Below are positions 25,000 through 37,880 of a stretch of 64,000 nucleotides of DNA, in pieces (the first letter of the stretch is position 1; each line of letters begins with the position of its first letter). The notes under the pieces were generated by a model. It was given only the letters and a program-made list of their open reading frames with translations, was not told the DNA's origin and ran no database searches. Made by a program: the position numbers and the translations under genes. This stretch comes from Dicyema japonicum (lineage: Eukaryota > Animalia > Dicyemida). The DNA lies in assembly GCA_011109175.1 (NCBI GenBank), contig RDEW01000056.1, forward strand, positions 213,401 through 277,400, in the 5' to 3' direction.

Positions 25000-27960
25000 C
25001 CGTGTTTGACGTCCCTCTTGAAAAGTATGTCTGAAAAACACGAAAATTGCAACCTAAATGACTTCTCTCTTTTAACGTTCAATGTCAGAGGACTCTCTAG
25101 TGCATGGAAAAGAAAAGAACTTTGTGAAGACCTTTCAAAATACAAGATATTAGTCGGATGTCTCCAAGAGACAAAAATATCGAAGGAGTTTGAAGAACAA
25201 CATGGAAAGTTTAAGTTAATCTTTCTCTCTGGGGGATCAAAACATTACGGACTCGGATTTGCTGTAAGAAAGGACCTACTCCGGCGCATATACCGTTATT
25301 GGACAATCAATGAAAGGATTGGGATTCTACAAATAACATTGGACGATTATAACTCTCCGAAGAGCTATCTTACTATTATTAACGCATATGCTCCACATAG
25401 TGGATGGATCAATAAGAAACCCGAGGAAATTGACGACTTTTATGCGAATCTGTCTGATATTTATCCCAATTATGCAAATTCCACATTAATATTGATTACC
25501 GGTGATCTTAATGAAAAAGTTGGAAGTCGAATCACTATAGAAGAAGCATTTATTTGAAGACATGGAAGGGGAAAAAGGAACATTGCAGGAACCCTGTTAG
25601 CTAGCTTTTGTCAAGCAAATAATCTATTCCTTTGTAACACGGCCTTTATGCACTCAGCAAGACACAGGACAACTTGGTCAGGCAATAGAAGCATTGCGAA
25701 AATCTACAATCAAATAGACTATTGTCACTGATGCCCGTGCTTATGGAGGGCCTATAATTGACAGCGATCACAAGATGGTTATTGCCAAATTGTCCATAAA
25801 GAAACTTATGGGTTTGCAAGGGATGAAAAGAAAGTGCATTGGACACACGGAACTGCGGGGGAAGGGATACGTTTTAGACCATCTAAAGAACAATACTATC
25901 CAGGGAGAGGAATTCAGAAAATACCTCGATGAGGGATTGGAAGAAATATCAGTAGATTTGGCACCGCAAATTGCGTGGACCTTGGTCAAACAGAAGATCA
26001 TGATTGCTGCGGATATATACCTGAAAGAGGACTACGTAACTAAAATACCCACTGAAGAAGCAACCGCTTTGAAACTCTTTGCAAATCAACAAAAGGCGAT
26101 ATGGATACAATGTCTAAATACAGATGACAAAAATACGAAACAGCGGCTACAAAAGGAAAGAACAGTCATCAAAAAGAAAATAAGAAAAGCTGCACGTCGG
26201 ATATTAAAGAACGAAACAATAACAAAAATAGAGAAAATCGAAGGCCTTAAAGACAATGCGAAGTTTTATGAAGCTGTCGGACAAATCAGAAAACTACCAA
26301 GGAAAACACTGATTTTACGAGATGAAGAAGGAAAACATATTGCTAACCAACAAGAAATTGCAGAACTTATAGCGGATTATTTTGAAGCACAATTCGTATC
26401 AAAAAATAGCAAAAAACTCACCATTAACACGGATCAGGGAAAATTAGACGAAGAAATAATTGTGGAAGAAGTGATGACAGCAAGTTACAAACTGAAGGAC
26501 AATAAGAGTCCCGGCTTAAATGGTGAATTTTTCAAATATGGAACTCATAAGCTATACATGATAATTGCCTGGATTCTAAACGAAATGTATAGTAAAGGCC
26601 ACGCCACTTGGAGAAGGACTATTGATACCAGTACAGAAGCCAAACAAAAAATCGGGGAAAGTTGAGAACCTAAGACCAGTGGTATTAACCAACACATTAC
26701 GGAAGATACTAGCCAATATTACGCTTCAAAGAATGGAGGGACGCCTAGACCCGTACCTGTCGGCTTATCAAAGTGGTTTCCGCAAGAGATCAACGTCAGA
26801 TGTTATATGGAGCCACAAATGGAGAAGTGCCACTGTTCAAAAATTTAAAATAACGACAACCATTCTGGGGATTGATATGTCAAAGGCCTTTGATTCCGTC
26901 AACAGGAACAAGCTGCTGCAAATACTGGAGCACTTCTTGGAGGCTCAACGATTAGGATGGTCAGACACTCTTGACGGACACGAGTTTGATGGTCAGGACT
27001 GGGAAAGCTTTATCGAGGACATTTGAAACGACAATTGGTACCCCTCAAGGAGATCCATTATCCCCGATTTTGTTCATTATTTATCTGGAGGCAGCTCTAC
27101 GAGACTTGAAGCCTCATATCGGAGAAGGAACGAGCATAATAGCATATGCGGACGACGTGGACTTTATTTCGAATAACAAAGAAGAGTTAATTGCACTTTT
27201 GGAGAAAATGCCTGATAAAATGGCTGAGTGGTCATTAAAAGTAAACACAAACAAAACCGAAATCACGGAGCTAAAAAGAAGTGAGGAAAGGACCGACGAG
27301 CACTGGCGTAGATCAAAAAAACTAGGATCCCTTCTCGGTGACACGAAGATATAACACGAAGGAAGACACTAACTAATGTCGCTTTCAACAAAATGAAGAA
27401 GACCTGGCTTCTGCACAAAGGGCTTGACCCTAAAACTCGAATGAGACTATACAATGCCCTAGTGAGGCCAATCCTATTATATAATGCCGGTACATGGGCA
27501 TGTACAGGGCAGGAACTCGAAAAGTTGAATTCTTTTCACAGAAATCATCTCCGAGCACTCCTTTCTTTCCGAAGCTTTTTCAAAATGCCGTCCGAAATCT
27601 TATACAAGAGAACAGGAACTGAGTCAATATCATGTGATATTACTGATTCAAGATGGAGGCTCTTTGGACACATACTCCGCCACGATATGGGGACTTCTGC
27701 CAACATAGCAATGGAGGAGTATTTTGTCTTAGAAGCTTCTCGTTTCCGCGGCCGGCTGAGGACAACACTGTTGGGTATTCTAGATGAAGATCTCAGGAGG
27801 ATTGGAAAGTGCCTTAAAGATGGGGACGATCTAGATATGCTACGGAACATGGAAACGGATCGAAAAAGATTGGCGACGTTAATTAGATTGTTAACTTTTC
27901 GTGTTGCACATGCTTTGTCATGATCTTGGCATCGCATACGTGCCTATAATAATAACAATA
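25000..27960 (+). mobile_element. Near full-length RTE LINE (APE-RT) with stops and frameshifts
   Basis: TFNVRGL, GCLQET, INAYAPHS, SDH, LRPVVL, QSGFR, DMSKAFD, GTPQGDPLSP, YADD, LFGHILR; (TAA)n-like tail. Confidence 0.95.
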
Positions 27961-28249
27961 ATGACGTGTCTGAATGGTTCACTTAGTCTCGACAAGAAAC
28001 AATGGAAAAAATAAAGAATTCAAGACTCAATCCAAGCCAATTTGGGCTGAAGATTCTGAATTTAGAGTTTAAAGATTTAGGCCAAATCAAATGCCAAATC
28101 TTTAATTTTTGAAGATGATATCCTTATATAATCAAAAATCAAACTAAATTGAGATTTTTTTGTAAGGAAGAAGAACTTAAGCTAAAATTTATTGAGGTTT
28201 TCATTTTATTGAGTTTTAGCCTGAGAGAATCTGAATCAATTTGGTCGGG

Positions 28250-28650
28250 ATCAGTTGTATTGAAAAATCTAAGAAAATATTGAATTAGAACAATTAAAGG
28301 CCGTCAACAATGAATTACTGAAATTGGATGATTTGAGAAAAGATGCATACATAAATGGAAGGCAGCAGACAGGATGGAAGATAAGCGTAAATGGAAATAC
28401 GATTAAGATGCGTTTAAAACTGGCAGCATGATTACATTAAGGTGTAACATCTTATAGTTATTAAAAATTATTTAGACAGGATAATGATGCCAATTCGAGA
28501 CAATTCCCGTTATATGATGGATTGGAACTTACGAGATACATAATTGTCGATAAGAAATTTTGAATCTGTACATTGGAAAGTGAGTCCGGTGAACTTTTGG
28601 AAGGGGTACATCCTTCACGAATATTTAAAATTGGATATGATTGATTAATT
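28250..28650 (+). mobile_element. Possible integrase C-terminal relic (Ginger-like)
   Basis: RMEDKRKWKY..AFKTGSMITLR and ELLEGVHPSRIF resemble post-DDE regions. Weak. Confidence 0.3.
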
Positions 28651-28700
28651 TAATTAAAAAGATTAAAAATTAATTTTTATTTTGTAATTTTACGTAGTAG

Positions 28701-29014
28701 CAGCATAGTGGTTGGTGTCGGGCTTAAGTGACTTAGGTTACGGGTTCGAATCTCGATGATGTTCACCTGGTGGAAGGTTCCACATCTACGATGCAGAAAG
28801 GGTTTGACGAGTGACGTCGTCATCAGTGGATACTCACTGCGGAACTGGATTGTCTAAAAAGGACCCACACACAAGAAAAAAAAAAAAAGTGAAGATCATT
28901 CCTTGGTTCTACGATTAGTTAAAATTAATTGTTCTTTAATTAAATAAAGTGTGTCCTGCCTATGCGGAGCTATAGATATTATGGCTCTAGTGAAAAGGCT
29001 ATTATTATTATTTG
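28701..29014 (+). mobile_element. Full-length tRNA-derived SINE-1, 314 bp, 8-bp TSD
   Basis: A box GCATAGTGG, B box GGTTCGAATC, (ATT)n tail. CGTAGTAG is duplicated at 28693-28700 and 29015-29022. Confidence 0.85.
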
Positions 29015-29189
29015 CGTAGTAGAATTCCGATTTTTAAATAGTGTTTGAAGTTAGGATTTAGAATTAAGATAGGGTTGATTACGATTAGTTTTAGGGTAAT
29101 TTTTGATTAAGTTGGGTTGGGGTGTAAGTTTTTAGTGTTAGGGGTTGTTAGTTAGTTAAAGCTCCTTCGCGTAGCCCTAAAAAATTTCA

Positions 29190-30960
29190 CTTGATTCACG
29201 CTCTACAATTATCCTCCTCGCCATTTTCGCCTACGCCATAGAGTTTTTGGCCCAGATTCGAACATCATCCAGATCGTCTGCTGTCACCAATTTAAGATTG
29301 TCCGTAATCATCTTTTAAGAAAATTGGAATTGTATTTCTTGGTCTGGCTCGAAATCCGTGAATTCCAGGAGCAGTAGAAGTATTCTTCCATTATTCTGTT
29401 ACACGGACTAGTCGGGTCCAGTCAGAGAATATGTCCAAATAGTTGCAATCTCGATAGAATAACGTCCATGCTAATTGGTGTAGATTTTCAAAGAGCATAT
29501 AGTTTCTCGTTTTATGATTGCTTCTGTGAAATGTATCTAGCCTCTCTAAATCGTTTTTCGAGGTTCCCAATTCTCCGGAATTGTATATTAGTAATGGCAT
29601 GATAAACGTGTCGTATAATCTGACATGAAGTTTCAGTGAAACACGTCTTTTTCCATTCCAAATGTTGTTCATTTTTTGAAATATATGGTTGCCAGCATTT
29701 TCCTTCGACAAATATCCTTGGCATCAGCGACTAGTAAGCCGAGTTTTTTGTATGCCTCCAGAGTTTGTCATTTCTTGACTTGGATCGTTCGATTCGTGTG
29801 TAGTCCGTTTTTTTTTTAAATATTTTGTATGCAGATCCAATTTATTTAAAATGATTTCGGCTTAAACTAAAATTTGGTCACGTGGGTTTTTCTGGTCACC
29901 ACACACAAAGTCTCCATCATCTGCGTACAACAATTCAATTATATTTTCGTAATTAGAACCCATTTCTTTTCTCAGCTCCTTGAGGGCAGCTTCGAGTTTG
30001 ACTTTGGGAAAGGTATTTTTCCACTGGTTTTTGTATATGGTTAAGCACTATGATCGATTATGTATTCCTGATAGTTGGTAGTGGAATAATAAGCCTTAAT
30101 CCATCCAGCGATTTGTGTATCTGAATTAAGACTCCATGTCCTAATAGAAGTGAACAGTGAAGTTCCATCTTACTTGTTTAATATATCCGTGATTATGTTC
30201 CCAGCAATAACCGGACCATGTATTAGCAACTCGCCCGGGATGCTATCATAGCCAGCTGAACGATTTCTTTTTAGGTGTATGAATTCATTTGTTACTTCCT
30301 TTATTGAATTTTGTTTGTACGTGGTCTTGGATTTCCAAAAAATTTGGTATATTCACCCCAACGGAATTAAACTGCATCTCGAAGTGTTTGGAAATATGGT
30401 TTGTTTTATCCTACACGCTTTGTCGCAGATTTTCAGCGACTTTTTCGCAGTTCTTCGTGTAAATAATTTAACAGCAGAAAATATTCATCTCCCATACTGA
30501 CAGTTTCAATTTTAGTCGCAATATCGTCCAAATATTTGTGTCATAGGTCATTCGATTGTTTTCTTATCAAATGTGAAATTTGATTACGTTTTCTCTTTAA
30601 TGCACTTGAACTACCCAGTTTCAGTTTCAAACGTATTTCCTTCTGCTGTTCCGACAATTCTCTTATTACGGGGTCATGAATAATACGTCTATTCCGGGCT
30701 TTTCCCTGGTATTCAACAGTCTCTGTCGCCGACAGTTTTAAGATATTTAAGATCTTTCCAAGGTCAGTCGAGGGGTGCTACTAATTTCAACACCCCGCAA
30801 TTGTTTAGAGACGTTTTGTTGGTATCTCCTTTGCCATTTGTCAAAAGTCAACAATTCCACAGCCAAACGTCTATTTAAAAAGGAACTTTTCCTCTTTACT
30901 GCTTTACTTCCGAAGTATCGTTTAAGATTTAATCTGGTCATTATTAATTTATGTTCACTG
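29190..30960 (-). mobile_element. Decayed RTE LINE, third subfamily
   Basis: FQKMNNIW...RVSLKLHVRLYDTFIMPLLIYNSG...LERLDTFHR, with broken RT motifs upstream. Confidence 0.75.
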
Positions 30961-31239
30961 TCAGTTAAGAGTCAGTCAACAGTCTCTTTTAAAAAAATTA
31001 GGCAGATAATATGTCACATGGGCAACATGAAGCCTATGGGCAACTTGTTTTTTACGTGTTTTTATAGTAACCAAATTATACTACATAATATGAATTTTTT
31101 GTAACTCTTATAAAAACAACATTTAACTAATTTATTAATTCTAAATAAAAAATTAATTCAAACTGTATTTATTAAATGGCTAACCTGATTTCTTTTAATT
31201 TTAACAGCATGGTTTAGTGATTTTGTATGTCTCAATTTA

Positions 31240-32430
31240 GGGGTACATTAGAGATCTCAACGAATATGACAAAATTAAACAGATATTTTGTGGAATCGAT
31301 CCTGAAGATGTAAGTACTCAAATGAAACGGAGAGTACAAGAAAAGGCCTTACATTTTTCGCTTAGAAACGATAAGTTTAATTCTGATTTAATTAGACTTT
31401 TCTTGAATGGAAACACAGAAAAATTGGTTATTCCTCTGGACTGTGAGTCTGAGATGGACAATCATTCCAGAACCCTCCATCTGATCTCACACGGAGGGAT
31501 CAATAAAATCGAATTTCTTTGCCGTCGGAACTATTTATATTTCCGTAATAAGAAAAGTTATTAATGATTGTGAAGTTTGTAAGTTTACGCTTATTCTTAA
31601 GGTTATCTTTTTTAAACAACTGCTTAGACTGTTGACGAGAACTATCATGTTTTTGCGTCTGCTCCAAATGAGCTTTTTCAAATTGATCTAATCGATCTGA
31701 AAAAATTTCAAAGTGTCAACAAGGATATAAATGGATCTTATTCTTAATTGAGTCGTATTAAAATTTTTATAGTCGGTATTAAATTTTTATAACCACGTTA
31801 GTTTCCCTTTTGCAAGGCTGTTGTTAAATAAGTCGGCATTTGAAGTATGTCAGAATTTGGACTTCCGAAGACCAAATAATCCAAGATACCAAGTTTGTGC
31901 ACAAATTGATTTTTAGGGAATAGTAGAACGTTTCAATCAAACGTTGACAAGCTCAATATCTAGACTTATTGATGGGAATCCTAGAATATGCAGTTTACAG
32001 CTACTACGCGACAATGCAATCTTTTTCAAATGAGATGCCATTCAAACGGTATCGCGGAATTTTTTGAACAAATTTCTTTCAAAAGATAGAATGAGAAGAT
32101 GGTGCTACATTTAGATTTTATAATTTTAGAATCAGTAATAAGAGTTAATGAAGTTTCAACTATTTGCGAATAGGCTCATCAAATTAATGGCGGTTTTTAA
32201 TTTATAAATTACAATTTTGTAGAATCCTTTAATTTTGAGATAACATCAATTGTGGGTGTCGATCAATACTATCGACGGATGAATAGAGGAATGGGTGTAC
32301 ATTGTAGTAAGTACAATTATGCAATTGGAGATCATGTTAAATTTTTGGTGTATTTGGAAAGACTGGGATTATTGTATATTCTGAGGCATTAACGCGAAAT
32401 TTACTTCATTGAGCGAATGTACCTTATAAC
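31240..32430 (+). mobile_element. Ginger/KRBA2-like DDE integrase relic
   Basis: HLISHGGINK...CEVC (HHCC finger), ELFQIDLIDL...YKWIL, KSAFEV, GIVERFNQTL, VHCSKYNYAIGDHV. Confidence 0.7.
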
Positions 32431-32479
32431 TTAAATTTTTTACTTTTGTTTTTCATTTTTAATCAATAAAATTTACAGC

Positions 32480-34425
32480 TAAAAATAATTTAAAAGTACC
32501 AGCTTTTTTAAAAAGGATCTTTTAGGAAGAATTAATTCAGCTATCTATGAATATATGAAATCTAATTCTCCTGTGAATTTAAACGATATTACTGATATCG
32601 TTTATGCTGGCCAATGTTCTTATGAAATTCTCTCAACATCTACAAGAAAAAAAGATTAATTGGAGTCACCATTTTGAGTTGAAAATGATTGAATTGAAGA
32701 AGGAAATGGTACAAATCGAAACAATTGGAGAGCAGAAATCAAACCAAAGTTATGACGAAGAAACCAGAGAAGTGCTGTGTAGATATGGATTTCGAAAATC
32801 AAAGAAGATAAGAATTGCATCAGGTATCCAAGATGAAATCAAACTCTTAGAAAAGAAACTAAAAATTCATGAGTCGAGAAACGAATTTAAAAACAGAATT
32901 GGTGCTTTGAATTAATAGGAGGTACTTTTACAGGAATCTGAATGGAGAACATGAAAAAGCCAAGTTTGGCTTTAATAAAAATGAGTGCCTCGCATTCTGG
33001 GAGAACATCTGGAATAAACAAGACAATGAGGAAAAAGTTTTGCAATTAAATAAGAACTCTACAGGCTCTGAAGAAATGCATGCTAATTTTACTAAAGAAT
33101 TCATCTTCGATATAATTAAAATTTCCCCAAACTGGAGAACAGCTGGTTGTGATGGAGTGTACAATTTCTTTATTAAGAAATTTACATAAATACATGACTC
33201 TCTTTGTGAAAAATCGTCAAGATAATTCATGGTGAATACTCACCTCAAGAGTGGTTTTACAAGGGAATAACATATTTGATCCCGAAAAAAGTTAATTGTG
33301 ATTCTCTAAAAGACTTGAGACCTATTACCTGTATGCCAAGTATGTACAAGCTGACAACGAAATGTGTGAATAAGAATCTATCAGACTACATTGAAGCACA
33401 TAGACTGATTAGTAACAACCAACTGGGAACTCGTAGATTCTGTCAAGGGGCCAAAGAGCAAGCACTAATAAATCAGTGTATCAATCAGGAGAAAGGGAAT
33501 AATTCGGCTACTGCCTGGATATACGTTAAAAAGGCTTTTGATTCCGTGGATCATGATTTCCTGAATAAAGTACTTGAGACATCTGGATTGCCTGTTTGGA
33601 TCGTTAATTTTATTAAAAACTTGGTAACTAAATAGAAGATTAAATTGACATTAAGTCAGAAATGAAAATATCCTTCAGGATGACTCACTGTTCCTTCAGA
33701 TCTTTGTCTTTGTGATGGATGCGTTGAGCAAATCATTAAGTGGAAAATTTCCGAGAGTGATAATTAACGGATGTCATCCAGATCGGATGTCACTCTTATA
33801 CGCAACAAATTTCTATTGTTTATGGATGATTTGAAACTATTTTCCCATAAAGAGGATACATAGGTAAGAATGATGAATCAAATAATGCTTTTCTTTAAGC
33901 TGCTGGACTTGAAAAGAATTTTGATAAGTCAGCAACAAATGTACGAAGATTATCTGATGAGCAAGGTTACTAGATGGTTACTGCTACCTGGGAGTGCTTG
34001 AAGATAAGTCAAGCAGTGTTTTGAAGAATGATGTATTGAAGGCAATTTTTGATACGATGAACAAAAAAATAAATAATTTAGCAAATTCGAAACTTAACTC
34101 TGCTAACATGTTCAAGGCCATCAACAAACAAGCACTGTCACTATATAATTACTACATCAGAATTGTCGATATCGATCCAAACGAATTCGAAAACATTGAT
34201 AAAAAAATACGCGGGATACTAACAAGTCATTGAATTCATCGAAACCTTCTAATTAATAAAGACTTTAAATGCCAAGAAACAAACTAGGAAGAGGATTGAT
34301 ATCTATAACCCATAAGAGCGAACGTATGCTTTTTCAATTTCTCAGGGATCTGGAGAAAAAATCCTATTAGTGCCCAAGAAGAGTAGGAATTCTACGAGTT
34401 ATTAAATCAAAAAAACACATATGGC
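32480..34425 (+). mobile_element. R4/Dong-like non-LTR retrotransposon, decayed
   Basis: FWENIW, PNWRTAGCDG, EWFYKGITYLIPK, LRPITCMPSMYK, NQLG, AKEQALIN, KAFDSVDH, FMDDLKLF. Confidence 0.85.
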
Positions 34426-34915
34426 GAAAGTGTCAGAAAACTGAATATATTGAAATCATTCTTAAATTCCAGGCCGTCACGGGAATGCGCTGTTGTCTTG
34501 TACAATCAACTTTTAAAACTTCATGGACTTATGGAGTTTCAATATCAAATTTGTTCAGCCAAATTGGTACGTCTAACTAATCTACCTGCCAATCTTTTCC
34601 CCCAATGCTTGACCACACTTCAATCGAAAACAACGGCTCCGGTTTCATCGGTCTGTGTGGTCACGAAAAAAGTAGTTTTTTCCATTCAAGACTAGAACAA
34701 GCAAATACACGTAAATTGGGGAAAAAACCTACCCTTTTTTCAAATTTTAATAAAAAGTAATCGTTGTCGATACAGGAAAGCCGTGGGTACTCTGGAGGAA
34801 CACAAGAAAAACCTTTCGATCCTTTTGATGTTTACCGGGATCACCAAATTAGTTAGTTTACTCCTTCTTTCTTGGTGTTCCCTTCTCGGAGTTATTAAAT
34901 AAATAAAAGAACTAA
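34425..34915 (+). mobile_element. Ingi/Vingi-like 3' fragment
   Basis: LKSFLNSRPSRECAVVLYNQLLK matches the 8082-8330 fragment; family terminus present. Confidence 0.65.
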
Positions 34916-35149
34916 TGAGATTAATATATAACTAGACATCTCAGCACGCTCCGCGTAATTAGTGAACCGTTATATGACACGTGGGAGACTATAACTTTAG
35001 GGTCAGTGTTACGATTAATTGCTTCTTTCACCCGATGAATTCGTCGAGAGTGCTTGACCTCAGCACAGAATTCTTTTAAACATTCAGTGGGGAACGACAT
35101 GATGACTCTCCAGAACATTGGATTCGATGATGGATAAATCTCAATTCAG

Positions 35150-36300
35150 CTCAATTACCCCAATGAGACAACAACAGCACTCATGTCTCTGACGCACCGG
35201 GATATCCCACGTGGATATGATAAAAGATTATTAAGTATAGAGTCGTCTTTGTACTTACCACGAAGCTCAGTTTCAAAAATCTTATTAACAACAATAGGAG
35301 AACAACCACCAAATTATGAAATATGTTTTCCAACAATTTCAGTCACGTGTTTAAAATCCAAAAATTCATTAATTCCCTTGGTTGTCATAACAATACAAAT
35401 ATCCTCAGACCTTATTGAATGAGACATAACTTCTGAGAAAGCTTTGATGTATGGGGGAGACTTGTATAATTCAGGAAGCATGATACCCTCCATGCCTTGA
35501 GAAGTCATAAATTTCATAACATCAGTGAGGTATTCACGAGACCACTTGAACTGGAAGTGTCCGAATGCTCGAAGAGGCATAAAAATACCACAAAGTCCAC
35601 CATCAACTAAGATTTCTTTCCTTTCTTCTTCGGGGACAGAGTTTTTAATCCTCTCGACTTTTTCCAAATTCTCAAAAGTGTAGGGATTAGTGAGTTTAAC
35701 TGCCTTGAATTTGCCATTATCTGCAGAAACAACGAATGCTGAACAATCTCCAGTACTAGCGACATAAATAATCTTTTCATGATGTATGCAAGGCAGACAC
35801 ATGCTCCGGAAAGAGCTGTCAAGACGGACTGATGTATAAATTAAAGAGGTTCTCCTCACTATTTGGGTTGGAAGAATATTCCTAGCCGAGGAAGTCATCG
35901 AAGCGTGTGAAGCCCAACGAGATCGACTCCGATGAATTTGGGAAAACGTTTAAATTAGTCGAATCAGGATGGGAGACCTACAGTTTTAGGCATATTTACA
36001 TTAATTGGGTCGTAAATGTAGGAACTAACGAAATGAAGGAGTAACTGTGAGCATAATCTACCACAGTGAATTCCTCCATGACCGTCAACAACGCCAATTA
36101 TGAAATCATTTTTAATGTGGATCTTAGTTTGGATAATAAAGTCTTTACATAAAGTATTGGACGGAAGCTTACGTTGCCTTGTAATAGAGATCAAGTGGAG
36201 AAGCTACCGGGTCTCACGCGCGTCGTGGCTTTTTAGAGTAGCTAGGTATCCAAGTTTCAGGGTAAACCTCGCTTTTCTACGATGTGGGAACCACCTCTTT
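35150..36300 (-). pseudogene. PDP1: Pyruvate dehydrogenase phosphatase (PPM family) pseudogene, copy A
   Basis: KLPSN, IGVVDGHGG, LSGACVCLAY, YVASTGDC, GIFMPLRAFGHFQFKWS, SPPYIKA, LLSYPRGISRCVRD. Stops and frameshifts; ATDG motif reads TTKG. Confidence 0.85.
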
Positions 36301-37035
36301 TTACCTACGTACAAATCCTCCGTGCCTTTTGCAACCTTTACAAGCTGACAACAAGTAACCTATTTGATTTTCATGATTTAGGAGAACATTCTTCTACAAT
36401 GACAGGACTGACCGATCTATGGGAGCGATCGGCATTTGCTGCGAATGTATTAGCTGCTGGCTCCTAAAAGTCAGCGTTGACGAAGTTACTTAACTATCAA
36501 ACTTTAATAAAAACGTACATATATCATAGTTGTTCAATGGTTATAAGGTCACGATCACAGAAAGCGCATTTAACGTCTAGAAATATTCGGAGTATGTGTT
36601 GAACTTGGTTGAAGATTTATTCTGTTCGAAATGTTTGATTGTCATCAACTGTGATAAAAAATTTGCAGATGATTCACATCGTAAAACTAGGAAGCATCTA
36701 AAGGACCAAGTATAATTTCTTTATAGATGATATGACAGCTCATTTAAAAACGACTATACGATTATGTCAGATAATGGAATCGGCTCAATTAACGTTCGCG
36801 CCACGTGGAATAATATGGACATCAGAGTAAAGAACATTTTTTACATTAACATTTATTAACCCCGGATACACCGAGAAAGAAGTTAAAGTATCAACTAATT
36901 AAGTGTATCCAGTTTCCACTGCTACAGAAACAAAGTCCAACCGGATTGGTTCTTGGCGTCATGTGATGCTTCGTGGTTAATTGGTTAAAATTTTCTGCTT
37001 GCTTGTCTGTTCCTCCTCTTTTTTTTTATTAGAGT

Positions 37036-37099
37036 GGCGTCATATGATCCCTTTGTCTAGGTGGCGCCCAGTGCCAGGCCGGCACGAATAAAGGATCAT
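37036..37099 (+). ncRNA. HDV-like ribozyme candidate within a SINE-like repeat
   Basis: P1 GGCGTCA/TGGCGCC; P2 ATGATC/GATCAT; P3 CCT/AGG; P1.1 TG/CA; P4 TGCC/GGCA; then CGAAT. Confidence 0.6.
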
Positions 37100-37880
37100 T
37101 TGCTCTTCCCCACTCCACTGGAGGGGTTTCCACAACAGATTATAGAATTGTGCCACCAATAGACTTTTCATTTAATTGGCCATTTTTTTGTTAATTTTAT
37201 ATAATATTTTTAATTATATAAATCGAATATTATGTAGTCTGATCATAAAATTACTACGATTACCTTCTGCATGAAAATTTACCCTCTCCTCTTCCGGATC
37301 GAACGTATAAACTCTCTCAGGCGTAAAACCACACAGCTCTGCAAGCCGATGATTTCTTTTTGAAAAGACAACGCTGAGAAATGGAGAGAGTTTCTTAAGT
37401 TTTTGCAAGATGCTAGGCAACCTATTCTGAGAAAGGGTGGTTCATGCAGAGGAATTCCGATCTACCATAAATAATTGAACCAAAATTAAATTCCTCTGCA
37501 TACACAAAAGAAATCATTTTCGGTGAGCATTTGGATCACTGGCAGAAAATTCAAGGAGAGTTCGGGAGATATTGGAGGAATTTAGTTGGCGGTGGTGGCG
37601 TGTGAAAATATCAACGGTGGATGCTCAGGACATCTTCATGCTTGGTTAGCGTCATTGTCTTTAGAGGCGATAATAAGGTCATCATCCGCAAATGATAGAA
37701 GTGTCTAGAATTAATTAAAATATCACTTAGGTAGAATTTGATTAAAGTTAGAGAAAGAAGTGATACCAACAATTTGGATTGAGATTCTAAATAATTGTGA
37801 TAATTTACTGGATTTAGTTATTAATAATTTTATTTATTTAGTAAATTATAAATTATATAAAATAAATAAATAACCTATAA

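Noticed and set aside
24960-25030. Ribozyme at the RTE 5' end
   Set aside because: No HDV or hammerhead pairing found by hand here or at 15540-15600.
29040-29160. Degenerate TTAGGG-like G/T-rich tract
   Set aside because: Too irregular for a telomeric array; probably a decayed repeat.
34921-35118. 65-aa ORF downstream of PDP
   Set aside because: No recognisable family, and it is broken in copy B.
37214-37680. Minus-strand ORF in the segment missing from copy B
   Set aside because: No recognisable motif; stops in the flanking sequence.
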